Shown piece by piece: positions 36,903-47,471 of a DNA stretch of 63,831 nucleotides (positions are counted from its first letter, which is position 1; every line of letters starts with the position of its first letter). Made by a program: the position numbers and the translations under genes. The notes below the pieces were generated by a model that had not been told where the DNA came from, made no database searches, and saw only the letters and a list, made by a program, of their open reading frames with translations. Source of the stretch: Puia sp. (GTDB taxonomy: Bacteria; Bacteroidota; Bacteroidia; Chitinophagales; Chitinophagaceae); the NCBI GenBank assembly GCA_035545215.1, contig DASZYU010000210.1, positions 1 through 63,831 on the forward strand. Reading direction: 5' to 3'.

Positions 36903-37155
36903 AAAATAACTTGAGAGTTGAAGAGCATTCTCAAACAGTAGGACTGTCTAGTGAAAATGTTTGAAATGAATATTGATTATATGAACAGAAAGATTAATAC
37001 TGATAAGCTGTGAGCGTTGCGAAAGGGAAACTGATCAGCTTAATTCCACTGCAATTTTAGCATAAAAATGCATAATTCAAAAAAAAAATTTTAAACGGCC
37101 TGAGTTTCAGTCGATTTTCGGCAATTTTGCACCACGAAAAATCATACAGAAAATC

Positions 37156-38595
37156 ATGTTCAACTCAAGAGTGAAAGTGAAAACGCTGCTTTCCGCCGCC
37201 GCGGACGGACAGGATGTCACGGTGATGGGATGGGTGAGGAGCTTCCGCAATAAACAGTTCATCGCGCTGAACGACGGCTCGACCAACACCAATCTGCAGA
37301 TCGTTGCGGAACTTGGCGTTTTCGACGAAGCGCTGCTTAAAAAAATAACGCCCGGCGCCTCGCTCAAAGTAAGCGGACAGCTGGTTGCCTCGCTGGGAAA
37401 GGGTCAGGCTGTGGAGGTAAAAGCCCGTACGATCGAGGTGCTTGGCGAATGCGACCCCGATACTTATCCCCTTCAGCTGAAGAACAGACCGAGCCTCGAA
37501 TACCTGCGCGACATCGCCCATCTCCGTTTCCGCACCAATACATTTGCGGCCGTGTTCCGTATCCGTCATTCGCTTTCCTTCGCGATCCACCGCTTCTTCA
37601 ACGAACGGGGATTCGTTTACCTGCACACCCCGATCATCACGGCCTCCGATGCGGAAGGGGCGGGAGAAATGTTCCGCGTGAGCACGCTGCCTTTTGATGG
37701 AACACCCCGGAAAGCGGACGGGTCCGTGGATTACAGCGAAGACTTCTTCGGCCGCGCGACCAATCTTACCGTCAGCGGGCAGCTCGAAGGCGAGCTCGGC
37801 GCAATGGCGCTCAGCGAGATCTACACCTTCGGGCCGACGTTCCGCGCGGAGAATTCCAATACCGCCCGGCACCTGGCCGAGTTCTGGATGATCGAACCCG
37901 AAATGGCCTTTTACGATCTGGAGGATAACATGGACCTGGCCGAATCGTTCATCCAATACCTCATCCGCTATGTGATGGAGAACAACCGGGAAGACCTCGA
38001 TTTCCTGGCGCAGCGGCAGGCGGAAGAAGAAAAACAAAAACCGCAGGCCGAAAGGACCGAGTTCGGGCTGATCGAAAAGCTGGAGTTCGTCCTGAACAAC
38101 CGGTTCGAGCGGATCACCTACACCGAGGCCATCGATATCCTGTTGCAGTCGCCCGCGTACAAGAAGAAGAAATTCCAGTACGATGTCAAATGGGGCATCG
38201 ATATGCAGAGCGAGCACGAACGGTATCTCGTGGAAAAACATTTTAAAAAACCCGTGATCGTCACCGGGTATCCCGCCGCAATCAAGGCGTTTTACATGCG
38301 TCGGAATGAGGACGGGAGGACCGTTGCCGCCATGGACATCCTCGTCCCCGGTATCGGCGAGCTGGTCGGTGGCTCGCAACGCGAGGAGCGCCTCGACAAA
38401 CTCGAAGAGAGGATGCGGGAAATGCATATCCCGGTCGAAGAAATGTGGTGGTATCTCGATACGCGTCGCTTCGGTACGGTCCCTCACGCAGGTTTCGGCC
38501 TGGGTTTCGAACGCATGATGCTCTTCGTCACGGGCATGTCGAACATCCGGGATGTGATCGCTTTTCCGCGCGCCCCCAAGAATGCCGAGTTTTAG
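37156..38595 (+). CDS. asnS: Asparagine--tRNA ligase
   Basis: [50 protein letters not shown]. Confidence 0.98.
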   Translation: MFNSRVKVKTLLSAAADGQDVTVMGWVRSFRNKQFIALNDGSTNTNLQIVAELGVFDEALLKKITPGASLKVSGQLVASLGKGQAVEVKARTIEVLGECDPDTYPLQLKNRPSLEYLRDIAHLRFRTNTFAAVFRIRHSLSFAIHRFFNERGFVYLHTPIITASDAEGAGEMFRVSTLPFDGTPRKADGSVDYSEDFFGRATNLTVSGQLEGELGAMALSEIYTFGPTFRAENSNTARHLAEFWMIEPEMAFYDLEDNMDLAESFIQYLIRYVMENNREDLDFLAQRQAEEEKQKPQAERTEFGLIEKLEFVLNNRFERITYTEAIDILLQSPAYKKKKFQYDVKWGIDMQSEHERYLVEKHFKKPVIVTGYPAAIKAFYMRRNEDGRTVAAMDILVPGIGELVGGSQREERLDKLEERMREMHIPVEEMWWYLDTRRFGTVPHAGFGLGFERMMLFVTGMSNIRDVIAFPRAPKNAEF

Positions 38596-38653
38596 GGGGT
38601 CCCCGCGAATGCCGGGTGCCAGGAAAATGCTATATTTATCAAAACGCTGAACA

Positions 38654-39595
38654 ATGGCCATTCCAGTCGTCGACCTTGCTCAATTCTCGGGCACTCCCGG
38701 TCAAAAAGCCGCTTTTGTTTCCGAATTGGGTAAGGCATATGAAGAGGTGGGTTTCGTCGCCGTGAGGAATCACGGCATCCCCGCCAGGACCATCGAAGGG
38801 TTGTATTCGAATACGAAGGCTTTTTTTGCGCTTCCGCCCGACATCAAAAGAAAATATGAGATCCCGGGACTCGCCGGCCAGCGGGGCTATACTTCGTTTG
38901 GAAAGGAGCACGCCAAGGGCAGTGCAGCGCCCGATCTGAAAGAATTCTTCCAGTTCGGCCAGACGGTAGACGACAACGACCCGGTAAAAGCCGAATACCC
39001 GGATAATGTGCAGGTCAAAGAGTTGCCGGAATTCAACCCGCTGTTCGTCCAGGCTTACCGCTCGTTCGAGCGATCGGGCACCGCATTGCTTCAGGCGATC
39101 GCGCTCTATCTCGGTCTCAATGAACACTATTTCGACGGATTCATCCACAACGGCAATTCGATCCTGCGCGCCATTCACTACCCGCCGATCAGAGAAGAAC
39201 CGCAATCGGCTATACGGGCCGAACAACATGAAGACATCAACCTGATCACCCTTCTCGTGGGAGCAAGTGCCGACGGGCTCGAGATCCTGTCCAAACAAAA
39301 CGAATGGGTGCCCGTGACCTCGCTACCTGACCAGATCGTCGTGAACGTGGGCGATATGCTCCAACGGCTGACCAATAACAAATTGAAATCCACCACGCAC
39401 CGCGTGGTCAACCCGCCGAGAGCGCTTTGGGGTACTTCCCGGTTCTCGATCCCTTTCTTCCTGCATCCCAAAAGCAGCATGAGCCTTGCCTGCCTGCCCT
39501 CCACCATCGACGACCGTCACCCGAAAGCCTATCCCGACGCAACCGCCGGGGAATACCTCGACGAGCGCCTGCGCGAGATCGGTTTGAAAAAATAG
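38654..39595 (+). CDS. Isopenicillin N synthase-like 2OG-Fe(II) oxygenase
   Basis: IPVVDL, HEDIN, NVGDML, HRV, RFS. Confidence 0.92.
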   Translation: MAIPVVDLAQFSGTPGQKAAFVSELGKAYEEVGFVAVRNHGIPARTIEGLYSNTKAFFALPPDIKRKYEIPGLAGQRGYTSFGKEHAKGSAAPDLKEFFQFGQTVDDNDPVKAEYPDNVQVKELPEFNPLFVQAYRSFERSGTALLQAIALYLGLNEHYFDGFIHNGNSILRAIHYPPIREEPQSAIRAEQHEDINLITLLVGASADGLEILSKQNEWVPVTSLPDQIVVNVGDMLQRLTNNKLKSTTHRVVNPPRALWGTSRFSIPFFLHPKSSMSLACLPSTIDDRHPKAYPDATAGEYLDERLREIGLKK

Positions 39596-39891
39596 GGATC
39601 GATCCGGACCGTTCGGCCCGAAAAGCCATGTCTGCCAGGGCCTGGGACGCGACGCCCGTTCAAACAGCCCGGCTACTCGTCCTGCGCCGTGCGCACAACC
39701 CGCAAACGCTTCTGAAAACCCGAAAATAAAGGCCTCCGTGGGCATTTTTCGCGCCGTTTACCCCGAATTGCGGCCTTTTGTCCTTTCCCGGAAAAATTTT
39801 TTTCTACCCCGCCTGTTCGCGGAAAGGCCCGTCCGTACTGTATTTCAGGCCGGGCAAGTCTTCCTGACCATGAAAAATACCTACTTTAAAA

Positions 39892-39934
39892 TAGTACTGT
39901 GTGTTGCATAGTACTAAAAAAGCACCTATCTTTG
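39892..39934 (+). promoter_or_regulatory. padR-pspC promoter with overlapping palindromic operator
   Basis: TAGTACTGTG-tgttg-CATAGTACTA (39892-39916) contains TTG at 39904, followed after 20 nt by TATCTTTG (39927-39934). Confidence 0.75.
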
Positions 39935-40013
39935 GATTGTTAAGGATATTAAGCTGCCCAAACCGGACAATCCGTCGGCTCCGGCCCGGGTGGAAAACAT
40001 AAAATCTCAGCGT

Positions 40014-40346
40014 ATGAATATCGAGAATACCCAGAGTCAGATGCGCAAAGGGATATTGGAATTCTGCATCCTTTCCGTGATCAGGCGCGGCGAGGCCTAC
40101 CCATCGGACATCGTGGAAGAGATGAAGAAGGCCAATCTGAACATCCTGGAAGGCACCCTCTACCCTTTGCTGACCCGGCTGAAAAATGCCGATATGCTTA
40201 CCTACCGTTGGGTGGAAAGCAATTCCGGTCCGCCCCGTAAATATTTTTCACTCACTCCAAAAGGGGAGACCTTCTACGGTGAACTGGAGGCGACCTGGAA
40301 CGAACTGGCCAACGCCGTTCACGCCCTAACCAATAATACCCAATAG
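40014..40346 (+). CDS. PadR family transcriptional regulator
   Basis: SQMRKGILE, EGTLYPLLTRL, GPPRKYF. Confidence 0.95.
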   Translation: MNIENTQSQMRKGILEFCILSVIRRGEAYPSDIVEEMKKANLNILEGTLYPLLTRLKNADMLTYRWVESNSGPPRKYFSLTPKGETFYGELEATWNELANAVHALTNNTQ

Positions 40347-40397
40347 TACCCTTTGAATGTACGACAAACACCATTTCAACCTCCAAATACACTTACA

Positions 40398-42638
40398 ATG
40401 AAAAAGATCATCAATATAAACTTCCATAGCCGGGTCATTCCGATCGAAGAATCCGCCTATGAAATCCTGCAGCGGTACATCGAAAGTCTGCGCCGGTACT
40501 TTGCCCGCGAGGAAGGGAGGGACGAGATCATCGGCGATATCGAGAACCGGTTTGCCGAACTGTTCTCGGATACCCTGAAAAAAGGCGCTCCCTGCATTAC
40601 GGACGCGGATGTCGAGGCCAATATCGCCAGCATGGGCCGCCCCGAAGAATTCGAGGGCGAAGAAAATGCCGGCGCCGCCATGGCAGGATCCGCCGCCCCG
40701 GGCAGCAGCCAGGCTTCGGCCGGCGGTCCGAATCCCAATTGGGAATTTTCGGGCAACGAGCCCCGCAGACTCTATCGCGCGGACAATGACAAGATCCTCG
40801 GCGGCGTATGCGCAGGTCTGGCCAATTACCTGCGTCTCGACCCGGCCATCGTCCGGATCATTTTTGTACTCATGCTTTTCAGCTGGGGCTTTGGATTCCT
40901 CCTCTACCTGATCCTCTGGGTGATCCTGCCTACCCGCTCGCTGCCCGCAGCCGTTCGCAAACGGCTGTACCGCAACCCTGACAACCGGGTGATCGCGGGC
41001 GTCGCCAGCGGTCTGGCCGCCTATTTCCATATCGAGGTCTGGATCCCGCGCATCATCTTCCTGCTCCCGCTGGTGCTGGGGATCGTCTCTTCGATGATCC
41101 GCAACATTTGGTGGCCGTGGCATCGTTTCACCGGTCCGTATTTCTTCACGGGCGGTTTCGGCGGTACGCTGTTCGTGACCTATATCGTCCTCTGGATCGT
41201 TTTGCCGGAGGCGAATTCAGCCTCTGAAAAACTCGAAATGCGGGGTGAGAAAGTAGACCTCGAATCCATCAAGAACACGATCAAAAGCGATCTCGAAAGC
41301 TTCAAAGGAAGGGCAAAAGAAATGAGCAGCGAAGTGAACGAACGGTTCCAGCAGATGGGCAGGGAAATGAAACAAAACACCCAGAACTGGGCCGCCGAGG
41401 CGGGTCCCGCCATCCGGCATACCAGCAGCGGTTTCGGACACGCCGTAGGGGTGCTCTTCAAAGCCTTTTTCCTCTTTATCGCAGGGTGTATCGCCTTCGC
41501 CCTCATCATGGCGCTGACAGCATTGGTCTTCCGCGGCGACGGAGTGCTCCACGTGAAGAATTATATCCTGGAGGGCTTCTGGCAGAACTTCCTCGCCTGG
41601 GCCGGTTTCTTTCTCTTCCTGGTCATCCCCGTGATCGCTTTGCTGACCTGGCTGATCCGACGCATTTCCGGAACCCGCACGCGGAGACACTACCTGGGCT
41701 ACGCCTTCATGACATTGTGGGTCATCGGCCTGTTTTGCCTCATTATCCTGGGCGGTATGGTCATGAATAATTTCCAGTCCCGTCAGCACGCGGAAGAAGC
41801 GGTCTCGATCACCCAGCCTTCCCGTGGCAAACTGCTCGTTCTCGCCAACCGGTCGGAGAATCGCTATGGAGACACCGACGAGTGGTTCGACGTCGACTGG
41901 GGCCGTCACAATGCCTTTTATATCCTGAACGACGACAGCGTCCTATTGCGGACCGTGAAGGTCAATGTGCTGAAGAGCGATGATTCGGCCTATCATGTCC
42001 GGCTGATCAAACTGAGCCATGGCAAAAGCGGGGCGAATGCGCGTCAGCTCGCCGGCGAGATCCGGTTCCCCATCACGCAATCCGACAGCGTCCTGACCCT
42101 CCCCGAAGGTTTCACCATCACTCCGGGCGAAAAATTCCGCAATCAGCAGGTGCTGGTGGAGATCTATGTCCCGCTTGGCAAACGCATTCAGCTCGGCTCC
42201 GCCGTAAAGGACTACAACTGGTTCAACATCGATCCCCGCCGCCGGCACATTTCCTGGAACGACGGGCGCCGCTATTACGAATGGGACGAAGATTTTGACG
42301 ATCTCGGCAATTCCTATTACTGGAACAGCAACGTGGAATACCTGATGACGCCGAACGGCCTTACGCGGACCGATGAGAACACGTACGAGATGAACCGGAA
42401 CAAGGATCGCCGTCCCGGCCGGACGAACAACGACAATTCCGATGAGAACAACGACGAAAAGCCGGGATACAGCGCTCCGAAGAACGGTAAGCACGACAGC
42501 GGCGGTTACCGGTACAGGGGCCCCGGGTCGCAACCCCAGAAAAAAGCCGCCGATACGACGGCTGCCAAACGAACCGCAATGGTCGCCAAACCCGCCGACT
42601 GCAACAGCTGCCTGCTTTCTGACCTCAATAAGATATGA
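40398..42638 (+). CDS. PspC-domain membrane protein (two PspC domains plus extracytoplasmic C-terminal region)
   Basis: RLYR..NDKILGGVCAGLA and RLYR..NRVIAGVASGLA; EKLEMRGE.V. Start reassigned to MKKIININ. Confidence 0.92.
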   Translation: MKKIININFHSRVIPIEESAYEILQRYIESLRRYFAREEGRDEIIGDIENRFAELFSDTLKKGAPCITDADVEANIASMGRPEEFEGEENAGAAMAGSAAPGSSQASAGGPNPNWEFSGNEPRRLYRADNDKILGGVCAGLANYLRLDPAIVRIIFVLMLFSWGFGFLLYLILWVILPTRSLPAAVRKRLYRNPDNRVIAGVASGLAAYFHIEVWIPRIIFLLPLVLGIVSSMIRNIWWPWHRFTGPYFFTGGFGGTLFVTYIVLWIVLPEANSASEKLEMRGEKVDLESIKNTIKSDLESFKGRAKEMSSEVNERFQQMGREMKQNTQNWAAEAGPAIRHTSSGFGHAVGVLFKAFFLFIAGCIAFALIMALTALVFRGDGVLHVKNYILEGFWQNFLAWAGFFLFLVIPVIALLTWLIRRISGTRTRRHYLGYAFMTLWVIGLFCLIILGGMVMNNFQSRQHAEEAVSITQPSRGKLLVLANRSENRYGDTDEWFDVDWGRHNAFYILNDDSVLLRTVKVNVLKSDDSAYHVRLIKLSHGKSGANARQLAGEIRFPITQSDSVLTLPEGFTITPGEKFRNQQVLVEIYVPLGKRIQLGSAVKDYNWFNIDPRRRHISWNDGRRYYEWDEDFDDLGNSYYWNSNVEYLMTPNGLTRTDENTYEMNRNKDRRPGRTNNDNSDENNDEKPGYSAPKNGKHDSGGYRYRGPGSQPQKKAADTTAAKRTAMVAKPADCNSCLLSDLNKI

Positions 42639-42695
42639 CCGGCACAGGCTGGAAACCGTTTCGTCCATGAGTTTCGTTGGTTGAAGTTGGAACAT

Positions 42696-42726
42696 AGCCG
42701 CCTGGCATCTGCCGGGGGGCTTTTTT
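42696..42726 (+). terminator. Intrinsic terminator of padR-pspC
   Basis: AGCCGCCTGGCA-tc-TGCCGGGGGGCT followed by a T-tract. Confidence 0.8.
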
Positions 42727-42783
42727 ACTTATCTTCGCGCCGTCCAAATTTCGTAATATTGCCCCCGCCGAAAAGACCAATCA

Positions 42784-43869
42784 ATGAAGCACACTCCTTT
42801 TACGACGATCCATATTGGGCTCGGAGCCAAAATGGCGGAATTCGCAGGCTATAACATGCCCATCAGCTACAGCGGCATCAACGACGAACACCTTGCGGTC
42901 CGCTCGAATGCCGGCGTCTTCGATGTCAGCCATATGGGAGAGTTCATCATTAAAGGAGAAAACGCGCTCGCGCTGATCCAGCGCGTGACGACCAACGACG
43001 CGTCGAAGCTGACGGCGGGTAAGGCCCAATACAGTGCCCTGACGAATGACCGGGGAGGGATCGTCGACGACCTGATCGTCTATTGCCTGGAACCGAACAA
43101 AGCCTATATGCTGGTCGTCAACGCGTCCAACATCGAAAAGGACTGGAATTGGATCTCCGGACATAACACCGGAAAGGCCGAGATGCACAATATTTCCGAC
43201 AAGACCTGTTTGCTCGCGATCCAGGGACCGAATGCCACCCGGATCGTGCAGCCACTAACCGATATCGATATCCTGAACCTCCCTTATTATACCTTCGCAA
43301 AGGGGAAATTCGCCGGTGTCGACAATGTGCTGATCAGCGCCACGGGGTATACGGGCGCGGGCGGGATCGAGATCTATTTCGAAGACAAAGGGGACAACGC
43401 ACAACGCGTCTGGAACAAACTGTTCGAAACCGGCGGCCCGCAAGGGCTGAAACCGATCGGTCTCGGCGCCAGGGATACGCTCCGCCTTGAAATGGGTTAC
43501 TGTTTGTACGGCAACGACATCGACGACACGACGACGCCGCTCGAGGCCGGTTTGGGCTGGATCACGAAATTCACGAAAGATTTCACTGCCCGAGGCATCC
43601 TCGAAAAACAAAAATCGGAGGGTCCGGGCCAACGCCTGGTCGGATTCGTCATGGAAGAAAAGGGCATCCCGCGTCATGACTACGAGATAAAGGACGCCTC
43701 CGGCGCGACCGTCGGCCGGGTAACATCCGGCACGCAAAGCCCTACGCTGGGAAAAGCGATCGGTATGGGTTACGTGCTTCCTCCGTTTTCGAACCTGGAC
43801 AGCAAGATCTGCATCAAGGTAAGAGACAAGCTTTTGCAGGCGCGGGTCGTAAAGTTTCCCTTTACCTGA
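42784..43869 (+). CDS. gcvT: Glycine cleavage system aminomethyltransferase T
   Basis: [31 protein letters not shown]. Confidence 0.97.
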   Translation: MKHTPFTTIHIGLGAKMAEFAGYNMPISYSGINDEHLAVRSNAGVFDVSHMGEFIIKGENALALIQRVTTNDASKLTAGKAQYSALTNDRGGIVDDLIVYCLEPNKAYMLVVNASNIEKDWNWISGHNTGKAEMHNISDKTCLLAIQGPNATRIVQPLTDIDILNLPYYTFAKGKFAGVDNVLISATGYTGAGGIEIYFEDKGDNAQRVWNKLFETGGPQGLKPIGLGARDTLRLEMGYCLYGNDIDDTTTPLEAGLGWITKFTKDFTARGILEKQKSEGPGQRLVGFVMEEKGIPRHDYEIKDASGATVGRVTSGTQSPTLGKAIGMGYVLPPFSNLDSKICIKVRDKLLQARVVKFPFT

Positions 43870-43940
43870 ACAAGCCGGGGCCGGCGTTTTCAGCTTTGGA
43901 ATGATTTTTTCTTGCAATCAAGGCATCCAACACCTTATTA

Positions 43941-44417
43941 ATGCCTACCATTCATCTGACGACGTTCATCTCCGCCCCTGCCGACCGGGTCTTCGACCTT
44001 GCCAGAAGCATCGATCTGCACCGAAAATCCATGGCGCATACGGACGAGCAGCCGATCGCCGGGGTCACCGCCGGTCTGATCGGTCTGGATGAAACCGTCA
44101 CCTGGAAGGCGAAACACCTCCTGAAGACCCGGATTCTCAAATCCAGGATCAGCGCGATGAACCGGCCGTTCTCGTTTACGGATGAAATGGTGACCGGCGA
44201 TTTCAAATCGCTTCGTCACGAGCACCACTTCAAGAAGATCGAGAATGGGACGTTGATGATCGACCTGATGCATTTCGAAACGCCGTACGGCGGTCTCGGA
44301 CGACTCATCAACAATCTTTTTTTGACCGGTTATCTCAGACGACTGCTGGAACTGCGCAATCACCAGTTGAAGGATTATGCGGAATCGGAAAAATGGAAAT
44401 TCATTCTTGAGAAATAG
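43941..44417 (+). CDS. SRPBCC family protein
   Basis: VFDLARSIDLH, ETVTW.A.H, FTDEM..G.FK...HEHHF. Confidence 0.88.
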   Translation: MPTIHLTTFISAPADRVFDLARSIDLHRKSMAHTDEQPIAGVTAGLIGLDETVTWKAKHLLKTRILKSRISAMNRPFSFTDEMVTGDFKSLRHEHHFKKIENGTLMIDLMHFETPYGGLGRLINNLFLTGYLRRLLELRNHQLKDYAESEKWKFILEK

Positions 44418-44515
44418 CGACCCTCCCCCCTCTACATTGCCGCGAACGCCCTATCTTTACGTCCCCGCAAGCGACGATCTTGCGTTCGCAATCTCTGTCC
44501 TCCATTTATCCCTTT

Positions 44516-45247
44516 ATGACAACTTCGAAACCTGATCTATATACGGCATTATCCCCGGCGCTGCTGCATTTATATGATGTAAACCATGCTATCGTAGTCA
44601 TCGTCGATGTGCTTCGCGCTACCTCCACCATCGCCACCGCGTTGTACAACGGTGCGAAATGCGTCATACCCGTCGACAGCGTTGCCAAATGTATCGAGCT
44701 CGGCCGTCAGATCGACGGCATCACGGCAGGCGAACGCGATGGCATGATCGCAGAAGGCCTCCGGCACGGCAATTCGCCATTTGAATATTCGCGTGGATTC
44801 GTAGGCGGTAAGACGCTCGTGCTGACGACCACCAACGGCACCAAGTTGCTGCACATGGCACTCGACCGCGGAGCCAGCCAGATCGTAACCGGTTCCTTCC
44901 CCAACCTCAACGCCGTGTGCCGGTACCTTATCGCGCAAAGCCAACCGGTAGTCCTGGGTTGTGCGGCCTGGAAGGACCGCGTCAACCTGGAAGACATGCT
45001 CTTCTGCGGAGCCGTCATCCACGAGGTGAAATCCCATTTTTCGATCAATTGCGATTCCTCACAGATCGCCGAAACCGTTTACCTGGATGCAAAAAGCGAC
45101 CTGTTCGGCTTTATGAAGGCGAAAAATGCGTCGCACTACCACCGGCTCTCGGGCTACGGCCTGGAAAAAGATATTCAGTACTGCCTGACGCCGAATATCG
45201 CCGATGTTCTCCCGCTGTACGAGAACGGCAAATTGATCGTGCTTTAG
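44516..45247 (+). CDS. comB: 2-phosphosulfolactate phosphatase-like protein
   Basis: DVLRATSTI, GER, GNSP, TTTNGT, NLED. Start taken as MTTSKP. Confidence 0.9.
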   Translation: MTTSKPDLYTALSPALLHLYDVNHAIVVIVDVLRATSTIATALYNGAKCVIPVDSVAKCIELGRQIDGITAGERDGMIAEGLRHGNSPFEYSRGFVGGKTLVLTTTNGTKLLHMALDRGASQIVTGSFPNLNAVCRYLIAQSQPVVLGCAAWKDRVNLEDMLFCGAVIHEVKSHFSINCDSSQIAETVYLDAKSDLFGFMKAKNASHYHRLSGYGLEKDIQYCLTPNIADVLPLYENGKLIVL

Positions 45248-45334
45248 CCCCGGCCGGCCATCGGCTCCTCCGCCGGCGCTTCGTTCCCGATTTCGTAAAC
45301 AGCGACCCGGCGTTACCTGTACCTTTGCCCCGGC

Positions 45335-47458
45335 GTGAAAAAAAGCGTTCTACATATCGCCCTGGTAGGCAATCCGAACAGTGGGAAAAGCTCTCTTTTC
45401 AATGCGCTTACCGGTCTCAATCAGAAAGTCGGCAATTTCCCGGGCGTCACGGTTGATAAGAAAACCGGCATGACCCAGCTGGGAACCGGGCTGGATGCCA
45501 ACATCATCGATCTTCCCGGCACCTACAGCCTTTATCCAAAACGCGGAGACGAGTGGGTCACCTACAAAGTCCTGCTCGACCAGGACCCGGGAGGCATTCG
45601 CGCCGATATGGTGATCCTTCTCGTGGACGCCAGCAACCTCAAGCGAAACCTTCTTTTCTGCTCGCAGATCATCGATCTCAGGATACCGGTTGTCGTCGCG
45701 CTCAGCATGATGGACCTTGCGGCAAAAAAAGGGATCGAGATCGATGTGGAGGGCCTCGAACGCGAACTGGGGATACCCGTCGTCGCCGTCAATCCGCGCA
45801 AGAACAAAGGCATTGCCCAGCTGAAAAAGATTGTCGAGCTGCGCGCCAGGCAGCTGACGCTCGCTCCTCCCCGCGCCTTCATACCCGCGCAGCCCATGGC
45901 GGCCGGGGCTGTCCAGGATGTCCGCAAGCTGTTTCCCGAGATCGGCGATTATACAGCCATCCATTACCTGATCAATCACGAACATTTCAATCTGCCGGAA
46001 GACACCCAGCGCCGCATCGAAGCGATCGAAACCGCACATGCCTTCAACCATACCCGGATCCAGGCAGACGAGATCCTCCAGCGCTATGGCCGGATCAAAC
46101 AGGTCATGCAGCATACGGTATCGGAACCCGATCCGCTCGAAAAAACGCTCTTTACCGAACGGCTCGACAAACTCTTCCTCGACCGCACCTGGGGATACAT
46201 AATACTCCTGGGCGTACTTTTCCTGCTTTTCCAAAGCGTATTCTGGATCGCTCAATACCCGATGGATGCCATCGACTGGTCGTTCTCTCAAATCGGTGGC
46301 TGGTTAGGGCATACCCTGCCCGACTCCTGGTGGAGCGATCTGCTGGTCAATGGCCTGCTCGCGGGTCTTAGCGGCATCCTCGTATTCGTGCCGCAGATCA
46401 TGATCCTGTTCGGGCTCGTCACCATCCTGGAAGATACCGGTTACATGGCCCGCATCAGCTTTTTGAGCGACAAACTGATGAGGAAGGTGGGTCTCAACGG
46501 GAAAAGTGTCATGCCGATGATCAGCGGTTTTGCCTGTGCGGTCCCCGCGATCATGAGCGCCAGAAGTATCGAGAACAGGAAAGAAAGACTGCTGACCATC
46601 CTGATCACCCCGTTGATGAGCTGCAGCGCGAGGTTGCCGGTCTATACCATGCTGATCGCGCTGGTCATTCCGCGCAAGGAAGTCCTGGGCATCTTCAGTC
46701 TGCAGGGACTCGTGATGATGGGTTTATACATGCTGGGCCTCGTCATGGCGATGATCGTCAGCTATGTCGCCAAGTGGTTTATCCGGCTGAAGGAAAAAAG
46801 CTTTTTTATCCTCGAGCTGCCGATCTACCGCGCCCCGCGTTGGAACAACGTCATCGTGACCATGATCAATAAAGCCCGGATCTTCGTTACCGATGCCGGA
46901 AAGGTGATCATGATCATCAGTCTCATCCTGTGGGCGCTGAGCTCTTTCGGGCCCGCCCGCCGCTCGCAAGTAGCTGCCCGTTACGACAGCGAGATCCGTC
47001 AACATCCCGGCCGGGCCGCCTCCCTGGGTCGCGAAAAACAGGGTGCTTTGCTCGAGAACTCCTATGCGGGTATCCTGGGGAAAGTCGTCGCACCGGTCAT
47101 CCGGCCGCTCGGCTATGACTGGAAGATCGGGATTGCATTGATCACTTCCTTTGCGGCCCGCGAGGTCTTTGTCGGCACGATGGCCACGCTCTACAGCGTG
47201 GAAGGCGGGAAGGACGCCGATCAGCAGACACTGCGCCAGCGCATGCAGTCGGCGAGGCGGGAGGACGGCACCCCCGTGTACACGCTGGCCACCGGCGTCA
47301 GCCTGATGATCTTCTACGTACTGGCGATGCAATGTATGAGCACGCTGGCGGTGGTCCGCCGTGAAACACGCAGCTGGAAATGGCCGGCGATACAGGTCAT
47401 CTATATGACCGGGCTCGCCTATTTTATGAGCCTGATCGTTTACCAGCTGTTGAGATGA
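45335..47458 (+). CDS. feoB: Ferrous iron transporter B
   Basis: GNPNSGKS, GNFPGVTV, DLPG, LEDTGYMAR, MSCSARLP, FAAREV; GTG start. Confidence 0.97.
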   Translation: MKKSVLHIALVGNPNSGKSSLFNALTGLNQKVGNFPGVTVDKKTGMTQLGTGLDANIIDLPGTYSLYPKRGDEWVTYKVLLDQDPGGIRADMVILLVDASNLKRNLLFCSQIIDLRIPVVVALSMMDLAAKKGIEIDVEGLERELGIPVVAVNPRKNKGIAQLKKIVELRARQLTLAPPRAFIPAQPMAAGAVQDVRKLFPEIGDYTAIHYLINHEHFNLPEDTQRRIEAIETAHAFNHTRIQADEILQRYGRIKQVMQHTVSEPDPLEKTLFTERLDKLFLDRTWGYIILLGVLFLLFQSVFWIAQYPMDAIDWSFSQIGGWLGHTLPDSWWSDLLVNGLLAGLSGILVFVPQIMILFGLVTILEDTGYMARISFLSDKLMRKVGLNGKSVMPMISGFACAVPAIMSARSIENRKERLLTILITPLMSCSARLPVYTMLIALVIPRKEVLGIFSLQGLVMMGLYMLGLVMAMIVSYVAKWFIRLKEKSFFILELPIYRAPRWNNVIVTMINKARIFVTDAGKVIMIISLILWALSSFGPARRSQVAARYDSEIRQHPGRAASLGREKQGALLENSYAGILGKVVAPVIRPLGYDWKIGIALITSFAAREVFVGTMATLYSVEGGKDADQQTLRQRMQSARREDGTPVYTLATGVSLMIFYVLAMQCMSTLAVVRRETRSWKWPAIQVIYMTGLAYFMSLIVYQLLR

Positions 47459-47471
47459 TCGTCCGCTTTCC

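Noticed and set aside
38654-39595. Beta-lactam biosynthesis gene
   Set aside because: A generic 2OG-Fe(II) oxygenase with no NRPS or other cluster genes.
44516-45247. Coenzyme M biosynthesis
   Set aside because: Stand-alone ComB homologues are widespread; no comA, C, D or E in the window.
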